The notes beneath the pieces were generated by a model, which saw nothing but the letters and a program-made list of their open reading frames with translations, was not told the origin of the DNA and did not search any database. Shown here in pieces: positions 23,344 to 34,270 of a stretch of DNA of 62,996 bases (position 1 is its first letter; each line of letters opens with the position of its first letter). Source of the stretch: Clostridia bacterium (GTDB lineage Bacteria; Bacillota; Clostridia; UBA1381; UBA9506); NCBI GenBank assembly GCA_017507525.1, contig JAFWAT010000044.1, positions 1 through 62,996 on the forward strand, written 5' to 3'. The translations under genes were made by a program, and so were the position numbers.

Positions 23344-23740
23344 GCTGATTTGTCGCCTCCTTTGTTTGCTTTAGTTGAAAGGCTTTAATAAAAATCCCTA
23401 TGCGGGAGAAAAACAGCGAAAGAATAACAGCCAGCGGAGAAAAGCATGGCAGCCAAACGCCGATGACTACAAGCACAAATAACGCTAATGTTCGCAGCGT
23501 GTGGGATAGTTTTATGATTTTTCTTGCTTCATCCTGGTCCGTATTTACTGCTTTTTGAATAAAAAGCCCCATACAGAAAAAATTCAGCACCGAAACTGCA
23601 CCGCCCCAAAGATTGCCAAGCAGCACGGTATAATCCCATTTGTGTAAAAAAAGAAAAACCGCTTGCATCAAAAGGCTCAGGACAATTGTCCAGACAGCGA
23701 CATAGGTTGTTTCTTTCAAAACTGTTTGATCAACTTTCAT
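23333..23740 (-). CDS. atpI: ATP synthase subunit I (AtpI-like)
   Basis: I moved the start to MKVDQTVLKETTYVAVWTIV (23740). It is a small 4-TM protein immediately upstream of atpB. The track's 5' extension has no coding character. Confidence 0.7.
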
Positions 23741-23915
23741 TACGGCATAAACAACTCCCTTTTGAAATGCATGACAATTTTGCTTATAATTTACGCAGAA
23801 CGCTTTAATTATATGCAGTTGCGTTTTGTTGCACATGCTTATTTTACCATATTTTTTTGTAATAGTCAATATTCTCATACATAAACAAGTCTTTACGGAT
23901 TTCTCTATAACTTGA

Positions 23916-23944
23916 AGTTTAAGCTCTTAATTGTACTAATGCAA
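23916..23944 (-). promoter_or_regulatory. Candidate sigma-A promoter of the atp operon
   Basis: On the minus strand: TTGCAT, a 17-nt spacer, then TAAACT. Confidence 0.35.
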
Positions 23945-23964
23945 CCTATTTTTTCTGTAAACAT

Positions 23965-24414
23965 CTAGAGAATTTCCTGACTGTCAAGCACCACCGTAAA
24001 AGGTCCGTCATTTACAAGAGAAACTTTCATATCAGCGCCGAAAATGCCGCATTGCATGTTTGTAAACAGCTCCTTGCATCTTGCTTTAACATGCTCATAC
24101 AGCTCCTCAGCAAGGGTTGGGCTGCCTGCACCTGTAAAGCTGGGTCTGTTGCCTTTTTTACAATCAGCATATAAGGTAAATTGAGAAACAACCAGAATTT
24201 CTCCGTCTACCTGACCAATGCTTAAATTAATTTTTTCATTCTCATCTTCAAACAGACGCAAACGAGATACCTTTTCAATCATCTTATCTGCAATTTCATA
24301 GGTGTCATCATGAGAAACGCCCATAAGCAAAAGATAACCTTGACCAATTTTACCTGTTACCTGGCCATCAACTTCAACCTTTGCCTCTAACACCCGCTGT
24401 AAAACAAACTTCAT
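23965..24414 (-). CDS. dtd: D-aminoacyl-tRNA deacylase
   Basis: 149 aa. MKFVLQRV... and SQFTLYAD... are Dtd motifs. Confidence 0.96.
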   Translation of the reverse strand: MKFVLQRVLEAKVEVDGQVTGKIGQGYLLLMGVSHDDTYEIADKMIEKVSRLRLFEDENEKINLSIGQVDGEILVVSQFTLYADCKKGNRPSFTGAGSPTLAEELYEHVKARCKELFTNMQCGIFGADMKVSLVNDGPFTVVLDSQEIL

Positions 24415-24432
24415 GCATAACCCTTCTTCACT

Positions 24433-25725
24433 TTATTGAAACATTTGTTTTTTTACTTTTAATGACAAAATTTTTCTTACGCTTTGCTCAATTCTTGCCT
24501 GTGAGATTTCACCGGATTGCACAGCGCCTACAATAGTCCGATGGGCAGCCTCTAAATCAAAGGGCATTAAAATCATATCGACACCGGCCTTAACCGCTCG
24601 AACCGCTGCATCACCCGCAGAATATGCTTCCGTAATCGCACCCATACTGAACGAATCTGTAATCACTATGCCTTTATACTGTAATTCATGTAATAGCATA
24701 TCCGTAATGACTTCCTTAGAAATAGACGCAGGCACTTTTTCGGTTACAGCATTAACAAGTGTCATGTGAGAAACCATAACAAAATCTGCCTCTGCCCCAA
24801 CCCCTGCCTGGAACGGCAGAAACTCTGTCAGGCGTAATTGCTCTGCAGTCCGCGTGCTGGCAGAATAGCCGGTGTGAGAATCTACCTGCGTGCTGCCATG
24901 CCCCGGAAAATGCTTTAGGGTTGCGGAAAGTCCATTTTCCTGCATACCTTTAACTACACTTTCCACCATTTTAGAAACAAGCGCCGGGTCTGAACCGAAA
25001 GAACGGTCACCAATTTCTGTATTGTTTGGATTTACCAAAACATCCGCATCCGGTGCAAAATCTACATTAAAGCCAAGAGCCTTCAATTCTGTTGCTAATG
25101 TTTTACCAACTGCATATGCCTTTTGCGGGTCTTTTGTATCGCCAATCTGCTTCATAGGCGGATGTTTTGTGGTTCCCATGGCTGCGTTGCTGCCAAGCCG
25201 GGATACCCGCCCGCCTTCTTCATCAACGCTGATAAAGAGAGGAATTTTAGAATATGATTGGCTGTTAGAAATCATTTGAGCGGTTTGCTCACGGCTTTCA
25301 AAATTCTTTGAAAAATACACCAAACCCCCGACGGGATATTTCTTTAATGCCTCTCGGGTTGTTTCACCGGCAGCGACAGCTGTTCCAATTTTTGTAATAG
25401 ACTCAGGCGTTACAAAAAACATCTGGTAAACCATGTCACTTAAGGTCATATCCTGCATCAGTTTTTGAACCATGTCCTCTTGGATAGCATTAGGGTCTTC
25501 AGAAGGAGCCGGTGATGCCTCCGGTACTTTTGATGCCTCAGGACTTGGGGGTGCAACATCGCTTACACCTGCTTTTTTTGTAACAAAAACGCCGGTATAA
25601 TATCCGGCTGTAAACATAAATAGATTAATCAGCACCAAGATAACTGAAATCCAAACCAGTGGATTTACTCTTTTTTTACGTGGTCTTACCACCATTCTTC
25701 TTGACATAATAATCATCAACCTCAA
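24433..25725 (-). CDS. Membrane-anchored glycoside hydrolase family 3 beta-N-acetylhexosaminidase (NagZ-like)
   Basis: 430 aa with an N-terminal TM, a Pro/Ser/Glu linker, and KHFPGHG and DADV-type GH3 motifs. The start is uncertain: TTG 25725, ATG 25716 or ATG 25707. Confidence 0.85.
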   Translation of the reverse strand: MRLMIIMSRRMVVRPRKKRVNPLVWISVILVLINLFMFTAGYYTGVFVTKKAGVSDVAPPSPEASKVPEASPAPSEDPNAIQEDMVQKLMQDMTLSDMVYQMFFVTPESITKIGTAVAAGETTREALKKYPVGGLVYFSKNFESREQTAQMISNSQSYSKIPLFISVDEEGGRVSRLGSNAAMGTTKHPPMKQIGDTKDPQKAYAVGKTLATELKALGFNVDFAPDADVLVNPNNTEIGDRSFGSDPALVSKMVESVVKGMQENGLSATLKHFPGHGSTQVDSHTGYSASTRTAEQLRLTEFLPFQAGVGAEADFVMVSHMTLVNAVTEKVPASISKEVITDMLLHELQYKGIVITDSFSMGAITEAYSAGDAAVRAVKAGVDMILMPFDLEAAHRTIVGAVQSGEISQARIEQSVRKILSLKVKKQMFQ

Positions 25726-25763
25726 TATTTTTTATTTAGCGTATATATAGCCACGCTGATTAT

Positions 25764-26873
25764 TTACATAACAAAAGCCATAACAACAAACAGGATAATT
25801 AAAATACTGAAATTACAAGCAGAATATAAGCCTATATAGGACCGTACACGGGTCGGTTCGTGCTTCGTGTATTCCTTTAAGGTAATCAAACTTGCAAGTG
25901 ATGCAATCAGCGTCCCTGCTCCGCCAATGTTAACTGCAACCAACAGTTGTGAAAAATTATTCGTAAACTTTGACAGCAAAATGGCGCTGGGAACGTTGCT
26001 GATCACCTGACAGGACAGCACGCCAAACAAAAGTGTATTCTTATTTACCAAGCTTCCCAGTAAATTGTTAACCGCAGGAATCCGTGCTAAATTACCCGAA
26101 AAGACAAAAAAAGCACAAAATGTAAGTAGTAGCGGGTAATCCACCATTTTTAATGCCTTACGGTCTAAAACAAAGAGAGCAACAGGGATGATAATTAAAC
26201 CCCAGTAATACGGTATGGAGCGAAAGACAATGGCGATGGAAAACACAAACAGCAAAAGATATATTACCATTCGCTTTTTGTTGTTCATTCTGTTAGTTTC
26301 ATTTTTTTGAAGAATGAGTGCTTCCTTCTTAACAAACATACAACAGCAACAGGTAATTAAAGCAACGGAAATTAAAAATGGAAGCAGCATAATTTTCACA
26401 AAGGTCATATTGGGAATCGAAAAATACGAATACAAATACAAATTTTGCGGATTTCCAAAAGGCGTAAGCATGCCGCCCAAATTGGCTGCAACTGTCTGCA
26501 TAATAAATGTAAAACTAAGCAGCTTTTTATTATTTGTAGAATCTAAAACAAAATACCCTAAAGGTAAAAACGTTAAGAGAGCCATGTCGTTTGCAATTAA
26601 CATAGAACCAATAAAGGTAATATAAATCAGTGCCAAAACAGCCGATCTTGTATTCTTAAACAGGCATACAATTTTCTTAGCGACGGTTTGAAAAAAATAA
26701 ATATTTTTTAAGGCACAAACAACCGCCAGCGTACAAAACAAACAAGTTAATGTTTTAAAATCAAAATACGAAATATATTCTTTATCAAAGGGAACAAAAC
26801 AACAGGTTACAATTGCTGCCGCAAATGCTACCAACATCACAACGTTATTTCGCATCCATCTGCGCCAGCTCAT
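25764..26873 (-). CDS. ArsB/NhaD-superfamily (SLC13/CitT-like) anion permease
   Basis: A polytopic membrane protein. ATG 26873 lies 7 nt after GGGGAG. The track's 5' extension runs through the tsf terminator. Confidence 0.7.
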   Translation of the reverse strand: MSWRRWMRNNVVMLVAFAAAIVTCCFVPFDKEYISYFDFKTLTCLFCTLAVVCALKNIYFFQTVAKKIVCLFKNTRSAVLALIYITFIGSMLIANDMALLTFLPLGYFVLDSTNNKKLLSFTFIMQTVAANLGGMLTPFGNPQNLYLYSYFSIPNMTFVKIMLLPFLISVALITCCCCMFVKKEALILQKNETNRMNNKKRMVIYLLLFVFSIAIVFRSIPYYWGLIIIPVALFVLDRKALKMVDYPLLLTFCAFFVFSGNLARIPAVNNLLGSLVNKNTLLFGVLSCQVISNVPSAILLSKFTNNFSQLLVAVNIGGAGTLIASLASLITLKEYTKHEPTRVRSYIGLYSACNFSILIILFVVMAFVM

Positions 26874-26960
26874 GCTCATGCTCCCCTTTCGTTTATTAAA
26901 ATCCGAGAATATTATACACCTAAGACGGGTAGGTGTCAAGAATTCGGTATATGAGTCGGT

Positions 26961-26994
26961 AAAAAAAGATGAGCTGCCATAATGACAGCTCATC
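26961..26994 (-). terminator. rho-independent terminator of rpsB-tsf
   Basis: On the minus strand: GATGAGCTG-(9-nt loop)-CAGCTCATC followed by TTTTTTT. Confidence 0.8.
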
Positions 26995-27009
26995 AAAATA
27001 ATCATATAA

Positions 27010-27906
27010 TTATTTAATCATATTTGCAACTTCGCTGGCAAAGTCATCTTCACGTTTTTCCAGACCTTCGCCCTTTTCAAATCTTACGAAGTTAATAAGC
27101 TTAACGCCCTTAGATTCAAGATATGCCTCAACTTTGAAATCGCCGTTTTTAACGAATTCCTGCTGCAGTAAGCAGTTCTGTTCAAAGAATTTGTTGATTT
27201 TACCGCCAACCATCTTTTCCAAAATGTTTTCGGGCTTGTTAGCATTCTTAGGATCTTCTTTAATCTGAGCAATGATGATGCCCTTTTCCTTTTCAACGTC
27301 TTCAGCAGGAACAGTGTCCTTAGAAACGTATAAAGGATTGATAGCAGCTACCTGCATAGCAACGTCTCTTGCAGCTTCATAAGCTTCGTCGTCAGCCAGG
27401 CTGCCTTCAGCTTCAACTAAAACGCCGATTCTGCCGCCGCCATGGATGTAGGAGCAAACATTGCCTTCGATTCTTGCAAATCTTCTGATGTTCATGTTTT
27501 CGCCGATTTTAGCAATTAAAGCGGTTAAAGCATCGCCAACGTTCTGAGCGCCATCAAAATCTAATGCCTTTAATGCGTCAACATCAGCGGGGTTCTTTTC
27601 AGCAATAATTTCAGCGATTTTAGATACAAACGCCTGAAACTCGTCATTCTTAGCAACAAAGTCAGTTTCAGAGTTAACTTCAACCAATACACCGATTTTT
27701 TTGTTATCAGAAAGATATGCTTTAACAATACCTTCAGATGCGATTCTGCCGGACTTCTTAGCAGCAGTAGCTAAGCCCTTTTCTCTTAAGAAATCCATAG
27801 CTTTATCCATGTCGCCGCCCACTTCGGTCAGCGCTTTTTTACAGTCCATCATACCGCAGCCGGTACGTTCTCTTAATGTTTTAACATCAGCAGCTGTAAA
27901 TGCCAT
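27010..27906 (-). CDS. tsf: Translation elongation factor Ts
   Basis: 298 aa. [26 protein letters not shown]. Confidence 0.98.
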   Translation of the reverse strand: MAFTAADVKTLRERTGCGMMDCKKALTEVGGDMDKAMDFLREKGLATAAKKSGRIASEGIVKAYLSDNKKIGVLVEVNSETDFVAKNDEFQAFVSKIAEIIAEKNPADVDALKALDFDGAQNVGDALTALIAKIGENMNIRRFARIEGNVCSYIHGGGRIGVLVEAEGSLADDEAYEAARDVAMQVAAINPLYVSKDTVPAEDVEKEKGIIIAQIKEDPKNANKPENILEKMVGGKINKFFEQNCLLQQEFVKNGDFKVEAYLESKGVKLINFVRFEKGEGLEKREDDFASEVANMIK

Positions 27907-27930
27907 GTCAATCTCCTCTTTTCTATTTAA

Positions 27931-28656
27931 TTATTCTGCAATTTCTTCACTTGCAGCTTCTTCGCTTGCATCAATGCCCTGGCGACCTTCAACGATAGCG
28001 TTAGCAATGGTAGAAGCAATCAGTTTTACGGCACGGATAGCATCATCGTTACCGGGGATTACATAATCCACTTCTTCAGGGTCACAGTTGGTATCTACGA
28101 TAGCAACAACAGGGATACCCAGCTTCTTAGCTTCAGCAATAGCGATCTTTTCTTTTCTGGGGTCAACAATAAACAGAGCGCTGGGGAGCTTCTTCATGGT
28201 CTTAATACCGCCTAAGAACTTCTCCAGTTTTTCTCTTTCATGCTTTAAGTTTAAAACTTCTTTCTTCGGAAGCAGATCGAAGGTACCGTCTTCTTCCATG
28301 CGAGTCAGCTGCTCTAAACGTTCAATCCGTTTTTTAATGGTCTTGAAGTTTGTGAGCATGCCGCCCAGCCATCTTGCGTTTACCCAGTACATACCAACAC
28401 GCTCAGCTTCTTCTTTAATAGATTCCTGAGCCTGTTTTTTGGTACCTACGAACAGGATTTCACCGCCGTCTTGTGCGATGTCACGAATGAAGCTGTATGC
28501 TTCTTCGATTTTCTTAACGGTCTTCTGCAAATCGATAATGTAGATACCGTTACGTTCTGTGAAGATGTACTCAGCCATTTTGGGGTTCCATCTTCTGGTC
28601 TGATGTCCGAAATGGACGCCTGCTTCCAGCAGTTGTTTCATTGAAATTACTGACAT
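27931..28656 (-). CDS. rpsB: 30S ribosomal protein S2
   Basis: I moved the start to [27 protein letters not shown] (28656), which follows GGAGGTG. The track extension reads through the leader. Confidence 0.97.
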   Translation of the reverse strand: MSVISMKQLLEAGVHFGHQTRRWNPKMAEYIFTERNGIYIIDLQKTVKKIEEAYSFIRDIAQDGGEILFVGTKKQAQESIKEEAERVGMYWVNARWLGGMLTNFKTIKKRIERLEQLTRMEEDGTFDLLPKKEVLNLKHEREKLEKFLGGIKTMKKLPSALFIVDPRKEKIAIAEAKKLGIPVVAIVDTNCDPEEVDYVIPGNDDAIRAVKLIASTIANAIVEGRQGIDASEEAASEEIAE

Positions 28657-28776
28657 TTCTGTCACCTCCGGTTTTATTTGCATAACCTCCGTGCCGGTCT
28701 TCTCCCACGGGAACCGCTTGCGCGGCACCGCCCGTAAAATCACAGCACGTGCGTATTTGCCAAAATAGTTTATCAT

Positions 28777-28817
28777 AAAAAACGAGTAAATGCAAGCTTT
28801 TTTCTCACATTTACTCG
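28777..28817 (-). terminator. rho-independent terminator of ftsEX
   Basis: On the minus strand: CGAGTAAATG-(loop)-CATTTACTCG followed by TTTTTT. Confidence 0.75.
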
Positions 28818-28841
28818 AAAATACATCTTTTTAGTTGTAAA

Positions 28842-29735
28842 TTAAACCTTCAAGTGTTTTCTAACGGCAATAAAGCTGCCAATTGCCCCAAGCCCAATGC
28901 CCATGCCAAGCAACGCCAAAAGCAACCAGGGGATTAAATTTCTTAATAAAATAAACTTCACAAAGCCAATGTTTAAAGAGAAAAACATCGTTGTTAACCC
29001 TTTATATCCCAAAACAATTAGTAAAAGGGAGAACACGGCACCAATGACACCTATAATAATACCTTCAATGATAAAGGGCCAACGGATAAACCAGTCTGTC
29101 GCACCGACATATTTCATAATGTTAATTTCCTTACGGCGTGAAAAAACAGCAAGCTTAATGGTATTAGAAATAATAAATATCGAAATAATGCCCAAAGCCA
29201 CCATAATCCAAATGCTGATTTGGCTGATATAGCTCGATGCAGATGTCAGCTTGCGTATTGTTTCACCGTTACTGATCACGCGCACAACACCGCTAAGGCT
29301 TTTAATATCTGCAACTGTCTGATCCGACTTTGTTAAATCCTCACATGTTACCTTAAACCAGTGACGCAAGGGATTTTTTTCGTTTTGATACCGATCCAAC
29401 AAGGAAGCATTGTCACCAAACTGCTGACGAAGCAGATTCAAACGCTCCTCTCTTGATTCAAAGATAACCTCGGAAACATTTGGTAAATTTTTTAGTGAGT
29501 TTTCCAGTTCCGTAATCTGCTCTGTTGTCTGGTTTTCATCAACCGTCAGCGTAATTTCATAATCACTGGCAATTTGCGTAACCATATAGTTTAAGTTCAT
29601 TGTTAAAATCAAAAACAATCCGAAAACTAAAAGGCTTGCTACAACGGTAAAAACCGACGCCAAGCTCATCCAACCGTTTGAAAAAACATTTTTTGTTGCT
29701 TCCTTGGCAAAATATTTTACACTGTTAATTTTCAT
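28842..29735 (-). CDS. ftsX: Cell-division permease-like protein FtsX
   Basis: I moved the start to MKINSVKYFAKEATKNVFSNGWMSLASV (29735). It has 4 TMs with a large first extracellular loop and overlaps ftsE by 11 nt. Confidence 0.92.
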   Translation of the reverse strand: MKINSVKYFAKEATKNVFSNGWMSLASVFTVVASLLVFGLFLILTMNLNYMVTQIASDYEITLTVDENQTTEQITELENSLKNLPNVSEVIFESREERLNLLRQQFGDNASLLDRYQNEKNPLRHWFKVTCEDLTKSDQTVADIKSLSGVVRVISNGETIRKLTSASSYISQISIWIMVALGIISIFIISNTIKLAVFSRRKEINIMKYVGATDWFIRWPFIIEGIIIGVIGAVFSLLLIVLGYKGLTTMFFSLNIGFVKFILLRNLIPWLLLALLGMGIGLGAIGSFIAVRKHLKV

Positions 29736-30414
29736 ATCCGTACACACCTCTGGCTTCATCACGGGCAATTTCACCGTCTTCAATGGCAATTACTCGCTTC
29801 TTCATGTGGTCAACAATATCTTTTGCATGGGTTGCCATAATAATGGTCGTGCCACGCTTGTTAATTTCATTTAAAAGTTCAACAATTTCCATAGCCGTTT
29901 TGGGATTTAAGTTACCGGTAGGTTCATCCGCAATTAAAAACGCAGGATTATTAACTAAAGCACGGGCAAGTGCCACACGCTGCTGTTCCCCGCCGGATAA
30001 CTGAGACGGATACGACTTGGCTTTATGGGAAAGCCCTACCATGCTCAGCACATTGGGGACTTGTCTGCGAATTTCACGGCGGCTGGCGCCGATAATTTCC
30101 ATAGCAAAAGAAACGTTTTCATAAACTGTTTTTTTAGGCAAAAGGCGAAAGTCCTGAAACACAACGCCCATGTTGCGCCGCAGATACGGAATATCCTTCT
30201 GCTTTAAGGCGCTTACATTGACATTGTTAATAATAACATCCCCGGAGGTTGCTGTTTCTTCATGCATAAGTAACTTAATTAACGTAGACTTTCCGGCACC
30301 GGAAGGACCAACAATAAACACAAATTCTCCGCGTTCAATATAAAAGCTGATGTTGTTCAGTGCCTTTGCACCGTTATCATCATAAACTTTTGACACGTTA
30401 CTGAAAATAATCAT
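29725..30414 (-). CDS. ftsE: Cell-division ATP-binding protein FtsE
   Basis: 229 aa. GPSGAGKST, LSGGEQQR and ADEPTGNLD. Confidence 0.95.
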   Translation of the reverse strand: MIIFSNVSKVYDDNGAKALNNISFYIERGEFVFIVGPSGAGKSTLIKLLMHEETATSGDVIINNVNVSALKQKDIPYLRRNMGVVFQDFRLLPKKTVYENVSFAMEIIGASRREIRRQVPNVLSMVGLSHKAKSYPSQLSGGEQQRVALARALVNNPAFLIADEPTGNLNPKTAMEIVELLNEINKRGTTIIMATHAKDIVDHMKKRVIAIEDGEIARDEARGVYGYEN

Positions 30415-30427
30415 AATAAAATAACTC

Positions 30428-31507
30428 CTAAAATTTTGTTGTCGTTGCGTTTAAGTATTTATTTACCAAAATAGCCACCTTAAAAATAACGGCATCATCA
30501 AAATTACGCAAGTCAAGACCGGTTAAGCGTTCGATTTTATCCAAACGGTATACCAGCGTATTTCTGTGAACAAATAACTGACGGGAGGTCTCGCTGACAT
30601 TTAAGTTATTTTCGAAGAATTTAAAAATCGTCTGAAGCGTCTCGTCATCTAAAACATTAATGCTTTCTTTCTTAAATATTTCATCTAAAAAGAGTTCGCA
30701 TAGCTTGCTGGGAAGCTGATATATCAGTCTGCCGATTCCCAGAGCATCATAGCTTAAAATGTAAGTTTCACCATCAAAAACCCGACCGATTTCTAAAGCA
30801 AGCTGCGCTTCTGAAAAAGAACGGGCGATATCATTGATTGAATCTGTCGGCGTACCCATGCCGACACAAACCTGCATCATCATTTCAGAATTAACAGTTT
30901 CAACAATACTTTTTGCAATTTTAGTCAGCGATTCACGAGTATAATCTGCAGGCAGTGCCTTAATTAAAACTACATTTAAGTTGTCTAAGCTGATAACGAA
31001 ATCCGGTTCCGGAAACATGTTCTGCAAAATATGTTGCATGGAAATCTCTGTCGGTTCCTGGAGCTGAACAATGTAAACCACTCTGGGAATTTCAACATCA
31101 ATTTGAAGCTCGTTGGCATGCAAAAAAATATCCCCCGGCAAAACATTTCCCAGTAAAACATTTTTTAGATAATTAATCTTATCATACTTATCACCGCAGT
31201 GCAGCTGAAGATTGGACAGGCTCACAGATAACAAGTGACAAAAGTTTTGTGATTCCAAATCAGTCCCGTGGACATACACAACATAATCCATCATGTTTCG
31301 CATACCAAAAGCAATAAAAGTATAATCGGTATATGTAATCGGCTTTCCGTTATGCATAGTATTCATGACAACATCATAGGCAAGCTCTTCATGAATCGGC
31401 TTACCAACATACGCCACAACAGTACCGGAATTATTCATAACGCCCATGTCTTTTCCGGATATGGCCTTCATTTGCTCTAATAACGGTTGAAATACTTGAC
31501 TCAGCAT
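30428..31507 (-). CDS. PucR/CdaR-family transcriptional regulator
   Basis: 359 aa. The C-terminal HTH (NVSETSRQLFVHRNTLVYRLDKIERLTGLDL) is typical of PucR_C. Confidence 0.82.
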   Translation of the reverse strand: MLSQVFQPLLEQMKAISGKDMGVMNNSGTVVAYVGKPIHEELAYDVVMNTMHNGKPITYTDYTFIAFGMRNMMDYVVYVHGTDLESQNFCHLLSVSLSNLQLHCGDKYDKINYLKNVLLGNVLPGDIFLHANELQIDVEIPRVVYIVQLQEPTEISMQHILQNMFPEPDFVISLDNLNVVLIKALPADYTRESLTKIAKSIVETVNSEMMMQVCVGMGTPTDSINDIARSFSEAQLALEIGRVFDGETYILSYDALGIGRLIYQLPSKLCELFLDEIFKKESINVLDDETLQTIFKFFENNLNVSETSRQLFVHRNTLVYRLDKIERLTGLDLRNFDDAVIFKVAILVNKYLNATTTKF

Positions 31508-31673
31508 CTACTCTTCCTCCGTCCTGTAATTTTTGTATCTACTTATATCATAAGTCAATATGATTCCAAATATTATCATATACTTTTTTTTCTAATTTTG
31601 CAAGGTTTATTTGCAAAATTTAATAATTTTTCACAAATTGATACATTTTTTAGCTTTATTTTTTAATAAAAAT

Positions 31674-31708
31674 ACAAAAAGGGCGATGTAAACATTTTTA
31701 CATCACCC
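31674..31708 (-). terminator. rho-independent terminator of ftsH
   Basis: On the minus strand: GGGTGATGTAAA-(loop)-TTTACATCGCCC followed by TTTTTGT. Confidence 0.75.
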
Positions 31709-31718
31709 ATACAAAAGA

Positions 31719-33620
31719 TTATTCAGTTTTGCAATCAGATTCATCCGGCTCCTCAGCAGAAACGCTTTCTGCCTCATTTGCGCCGGCACCGGAAAAAATC
31801 GCTTCAAATTCCTCGCCGGTAAGCTTTTCTTTTTCAATTAAAGCTTCAGCAACACGGTCAAGCTCTACTCTGTGTGCTGAAAGCAACGCTTCACAGCGCT
31901 TATAAGCTGCGTCGATGATGTTTCTAACCTCTTTATCTATCTCAGAAGCAACCTGCTCACTATAATCACGGTTTTGGCTGTAACTTCTGCCTAAAAAGAC
32001 CTCATCGTTATCAGAGCCAAAGGTCATGGGACCTAACGTATCGCTCATACCGTATTTCATGACCATATCACGGGCAATTTTAGTAGAGCGCATAATGTCA
32101 TTAGATGCACCGGTGCTGATATCGCCCAAGACAATTTTTTCTGCGGTGCGACCACCGAGCAGCGTTACAATTTCATCTAACATGTGCTGTTTTGAAATAT
32201 AGTTTCTGTCCTCTGAGGGGAGTGACAGCGTATAACCGCCGGCACGTCCGCGTTGTATAATTGAAATCTCATGCACAGGGTCACAACCGGGCATCAGTTT
32301 ATACATAATTGCATGGCCGGCTTCATGATAAGCAACCAGCTTCTTTTCTTTATCAGTCACTGTTTTAGACCGCTTTTCAGGACCGGCAATAACCTTAATA
32401 ATGGAGTTTTCAATATCTTCCATTTCAATTTTCTTTTTGCCGCGTTTTGCAGCCAAAAGCGCTGCTTCATTCATTAAATTTTCAAGGTCGGCACCGGTGA
32501 AGCCGGCCGTTGTTTTTGCAATTACAGAAAGGTCTACGTCCTCGGCTAAGGGCTTTGCGCGGCAATGCACCTTTAGCACTGCTTCTCTACCCTTAACGTC
32601 AGGGTAATTCACAACCACTTGACGGTCAAAACGACCGGGGCGCAAAAGCGCCGGGTCTAAAATATCAGGGCGGTTGGTTGCCGCAATGATAATAATGCCC
32701 TCATTAACGCCAAAACCATCCATCTCTACCAACAACTGATTCAATGTCTGCTCACGTTCGTCATGTCCACCGCCGAGACCTGCACCTCTGTGGCGACCGA
32801 CAGCATCAATTTCATCAATAAAGATAATGCTGGGCGCATTCTTTTTTGCACGTTCAAATAAATCTCTAACACGTGACGCACCCACACCAACAAACATTTC
32901 AACAAAGTCTGAGCCGCTGATGCTGAAAAATGGCACCTTTGCCTCACCGGCAATGGCTTTAGCAAGCAGGGTTTTACCGGTACCCGGCGGCCCTACCAAA
33001 AGGACGCCCTTAGGGATTCTGGCACCAAGTTCTATAAATTTAGAAGAATCTCTTAAAAATTCAACAATTTCTTCAAGCTCAGCCTTTTCTTCATCCGCAC
33101 CGGCAACATCACGAAAGGTTACATGGGTTTCTCCGTTTTGATTCATTCGTGCGTTGCTTTTGCCAAAGGACATAACCTTGCCGCCGCCCTGAGACTGGCG
33201 CATAAATACAAACCAAAACAGAACGAAAATGCCAACTGTTAATAAGGTCGGCAGCAGCGAGAGCCACCAAGGCAGTTCTTGGGGCGCAGGGGTTTCCACC
33301 TTCAAAGTTCCGGCATCCATTTGCTCACGGATGGCGCTGCCTGCATCCTCGTATAATATATAAATTGAAGCAATATCACACACTCTTTTGTTTTCATTGG
33401 GTCGCTTCGGTTCAACATCAGAAAGTGTAATCGTTGCCATTCGATCTGTTAAAATAAGCTCCGATACCTTACCATCCCTAATGGTAGAAAGTAATTCAGA
33501 ATAAGGTATACTGCGAATACCCGGCTCATAATTGAAAATGCCGAACATCAGCAAAACGATTAAGAACAGCAAAATATAAAAACCAATGCCGCCCAGATGC
33601 TTTTTTTTCAAGTCTGTCAC
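31719..33620 (-). CDS. ftsH: ATP-dependent zinc metalloprotease FtsH
   Basis: 633 aa. GPPGTGKT, the SRH region, and HEAGHA. The start may instead be TTG 33611, 8 nt after AAGGAG. Confidence 0.97.
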   Translation of the reverse strand: MTDLKKKHLGGIGFYILLFLIVLLMFGIFNYEPGIRSIPYSELLSTIRDGKVSELILTDRMATITLSDVEPKRPNENKRVCDIASIYILYEDAGSAIREQMDAGTLKVETPAPQELPWWLSLLPTLLTVGIFVLFWFVFMRQSQGGGKVMSFGKSNARMNQNGETHVTFRDVAGADEEKAELEEIVEFLRDSSKFIELGARIPKGVLLVGPPGTGKTLLAKAIAGEAKVPFFSISGSDFVEMFVGVGASRVRDLFERAKKNAPSIIFIDEIDAVGRHRGAGLGGGHDEREQTLNQLLVEMDGFGVNEGIIIIAATNRPDILDPALLRPGRFDRQVVVNYPDVKGREAVLKVHCRAKPLAEDVDLSVIAKTTAGFTGADLENLMNEAALLAAKRGKKKIEMEDIENSIIKVIAGPEKRSKTVTDKEKKLVAYHEAGHAIMYKLMPGCDPVHEISIIQRGRAGGYTLSLPSEDRNYISKQHMLDEIVTLLGGRTAEKIVLGDISTGASNDIMRSTKIARDMVMKYGMSDTLGPMTFGSDNDEVFLGRSYSQNRDYSEQVASEIDKEVRNIIDAAYKRCEALLSAHRVELDRVAEALIEKEKLTGEEFEAIFSGAGANEAESVSAEEPDESDCKTE

Positions 33621-33721
33621 TCCTTATGGACTTTAGAATAGAATTTAGTTTAACACAAAACCAAATAAATTACAATAAATATTAGAAAATTTAATTTTCT
33701 ATTCATTTTTTGATTGGTCGG

Positions 33722-34270
33722 TTAATGTTCATATACACTACGTTTTAAAACGCCTACATACGGCAACTGTCTGTATTTTTCGTCATAGTCAAGACCATAA
33801 CCCACAACAAATTCATCAGGAATAGAAAAACCAACAAAATCTGCTTTAATAGGCTTGGTTCTTCGATCAGGCTTATCTAATAAGCAACAAAGCTTTAAAG
33901 ATGCAGGTCGACGGGCTTTGAGTTGTTCAAGCAGCGCAGAAAGTGTATTGCCGGTATCTAAAATATCTTCCACAATCAAAACGTGCTTGTCTGTAATATC
34001 AACTGTTAAGTCTTTTAAAATGCGCACACTTCCTCCGGAAACAGAACCGCATCCATAGCTGGAAACGCACATAAAATCAAAAATAGCAGGAAAAGAAAGT
34101 CCCCTTACAAGGTCAGCAAAAAAGGTGATACTGCCTTTTAAAATACAAACCATTACCACTTCTTTATCCTGATAAAATTCTCCCATTTCTTGTGCCATTT
34201 CTGAAACCTTTGCTGCAATTTCTTCTTTTGTTAATAAAATTCTTTCGACATCCTGCTCTAAATGTTTCAA
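33722..34270 (-). CDS. hpt: Hypoxanthine phosphoribosyltransferase
   Basis: 182 aa. The PRPP motif VLIVEDILDTGNT is present. Confidence 0.96.
   Translation of the reverse strand: MKHLEQDVERILLTKEEIAAKVSEMAQEMGEFYQDKEVVMVCILKGSITFFADLVRGLSFPAIFDFMCVSSYGCGSVSGGSVRILKDLTVDITDKHVLIVEDILDTGNTLSALLEQLKARRPASLKLCCLLDKPDRRTKPIKADFVGFSIPDEFVVGYGLDYDEKYRQLPYVGVLKRSVYEH

Noticed and set aside
23741-28776. Long 5' extensions of track ORFs (atpI to 23878, permease to 27005, rpsB to 28776; likewise recX to 10876 and nth from 60011)
   Set aside because: The extensions run through terminators, promoters or leaders and lack an RBS. Internal ATGs with good Shine-Dalgarno spacing match the known N-termini of these families.
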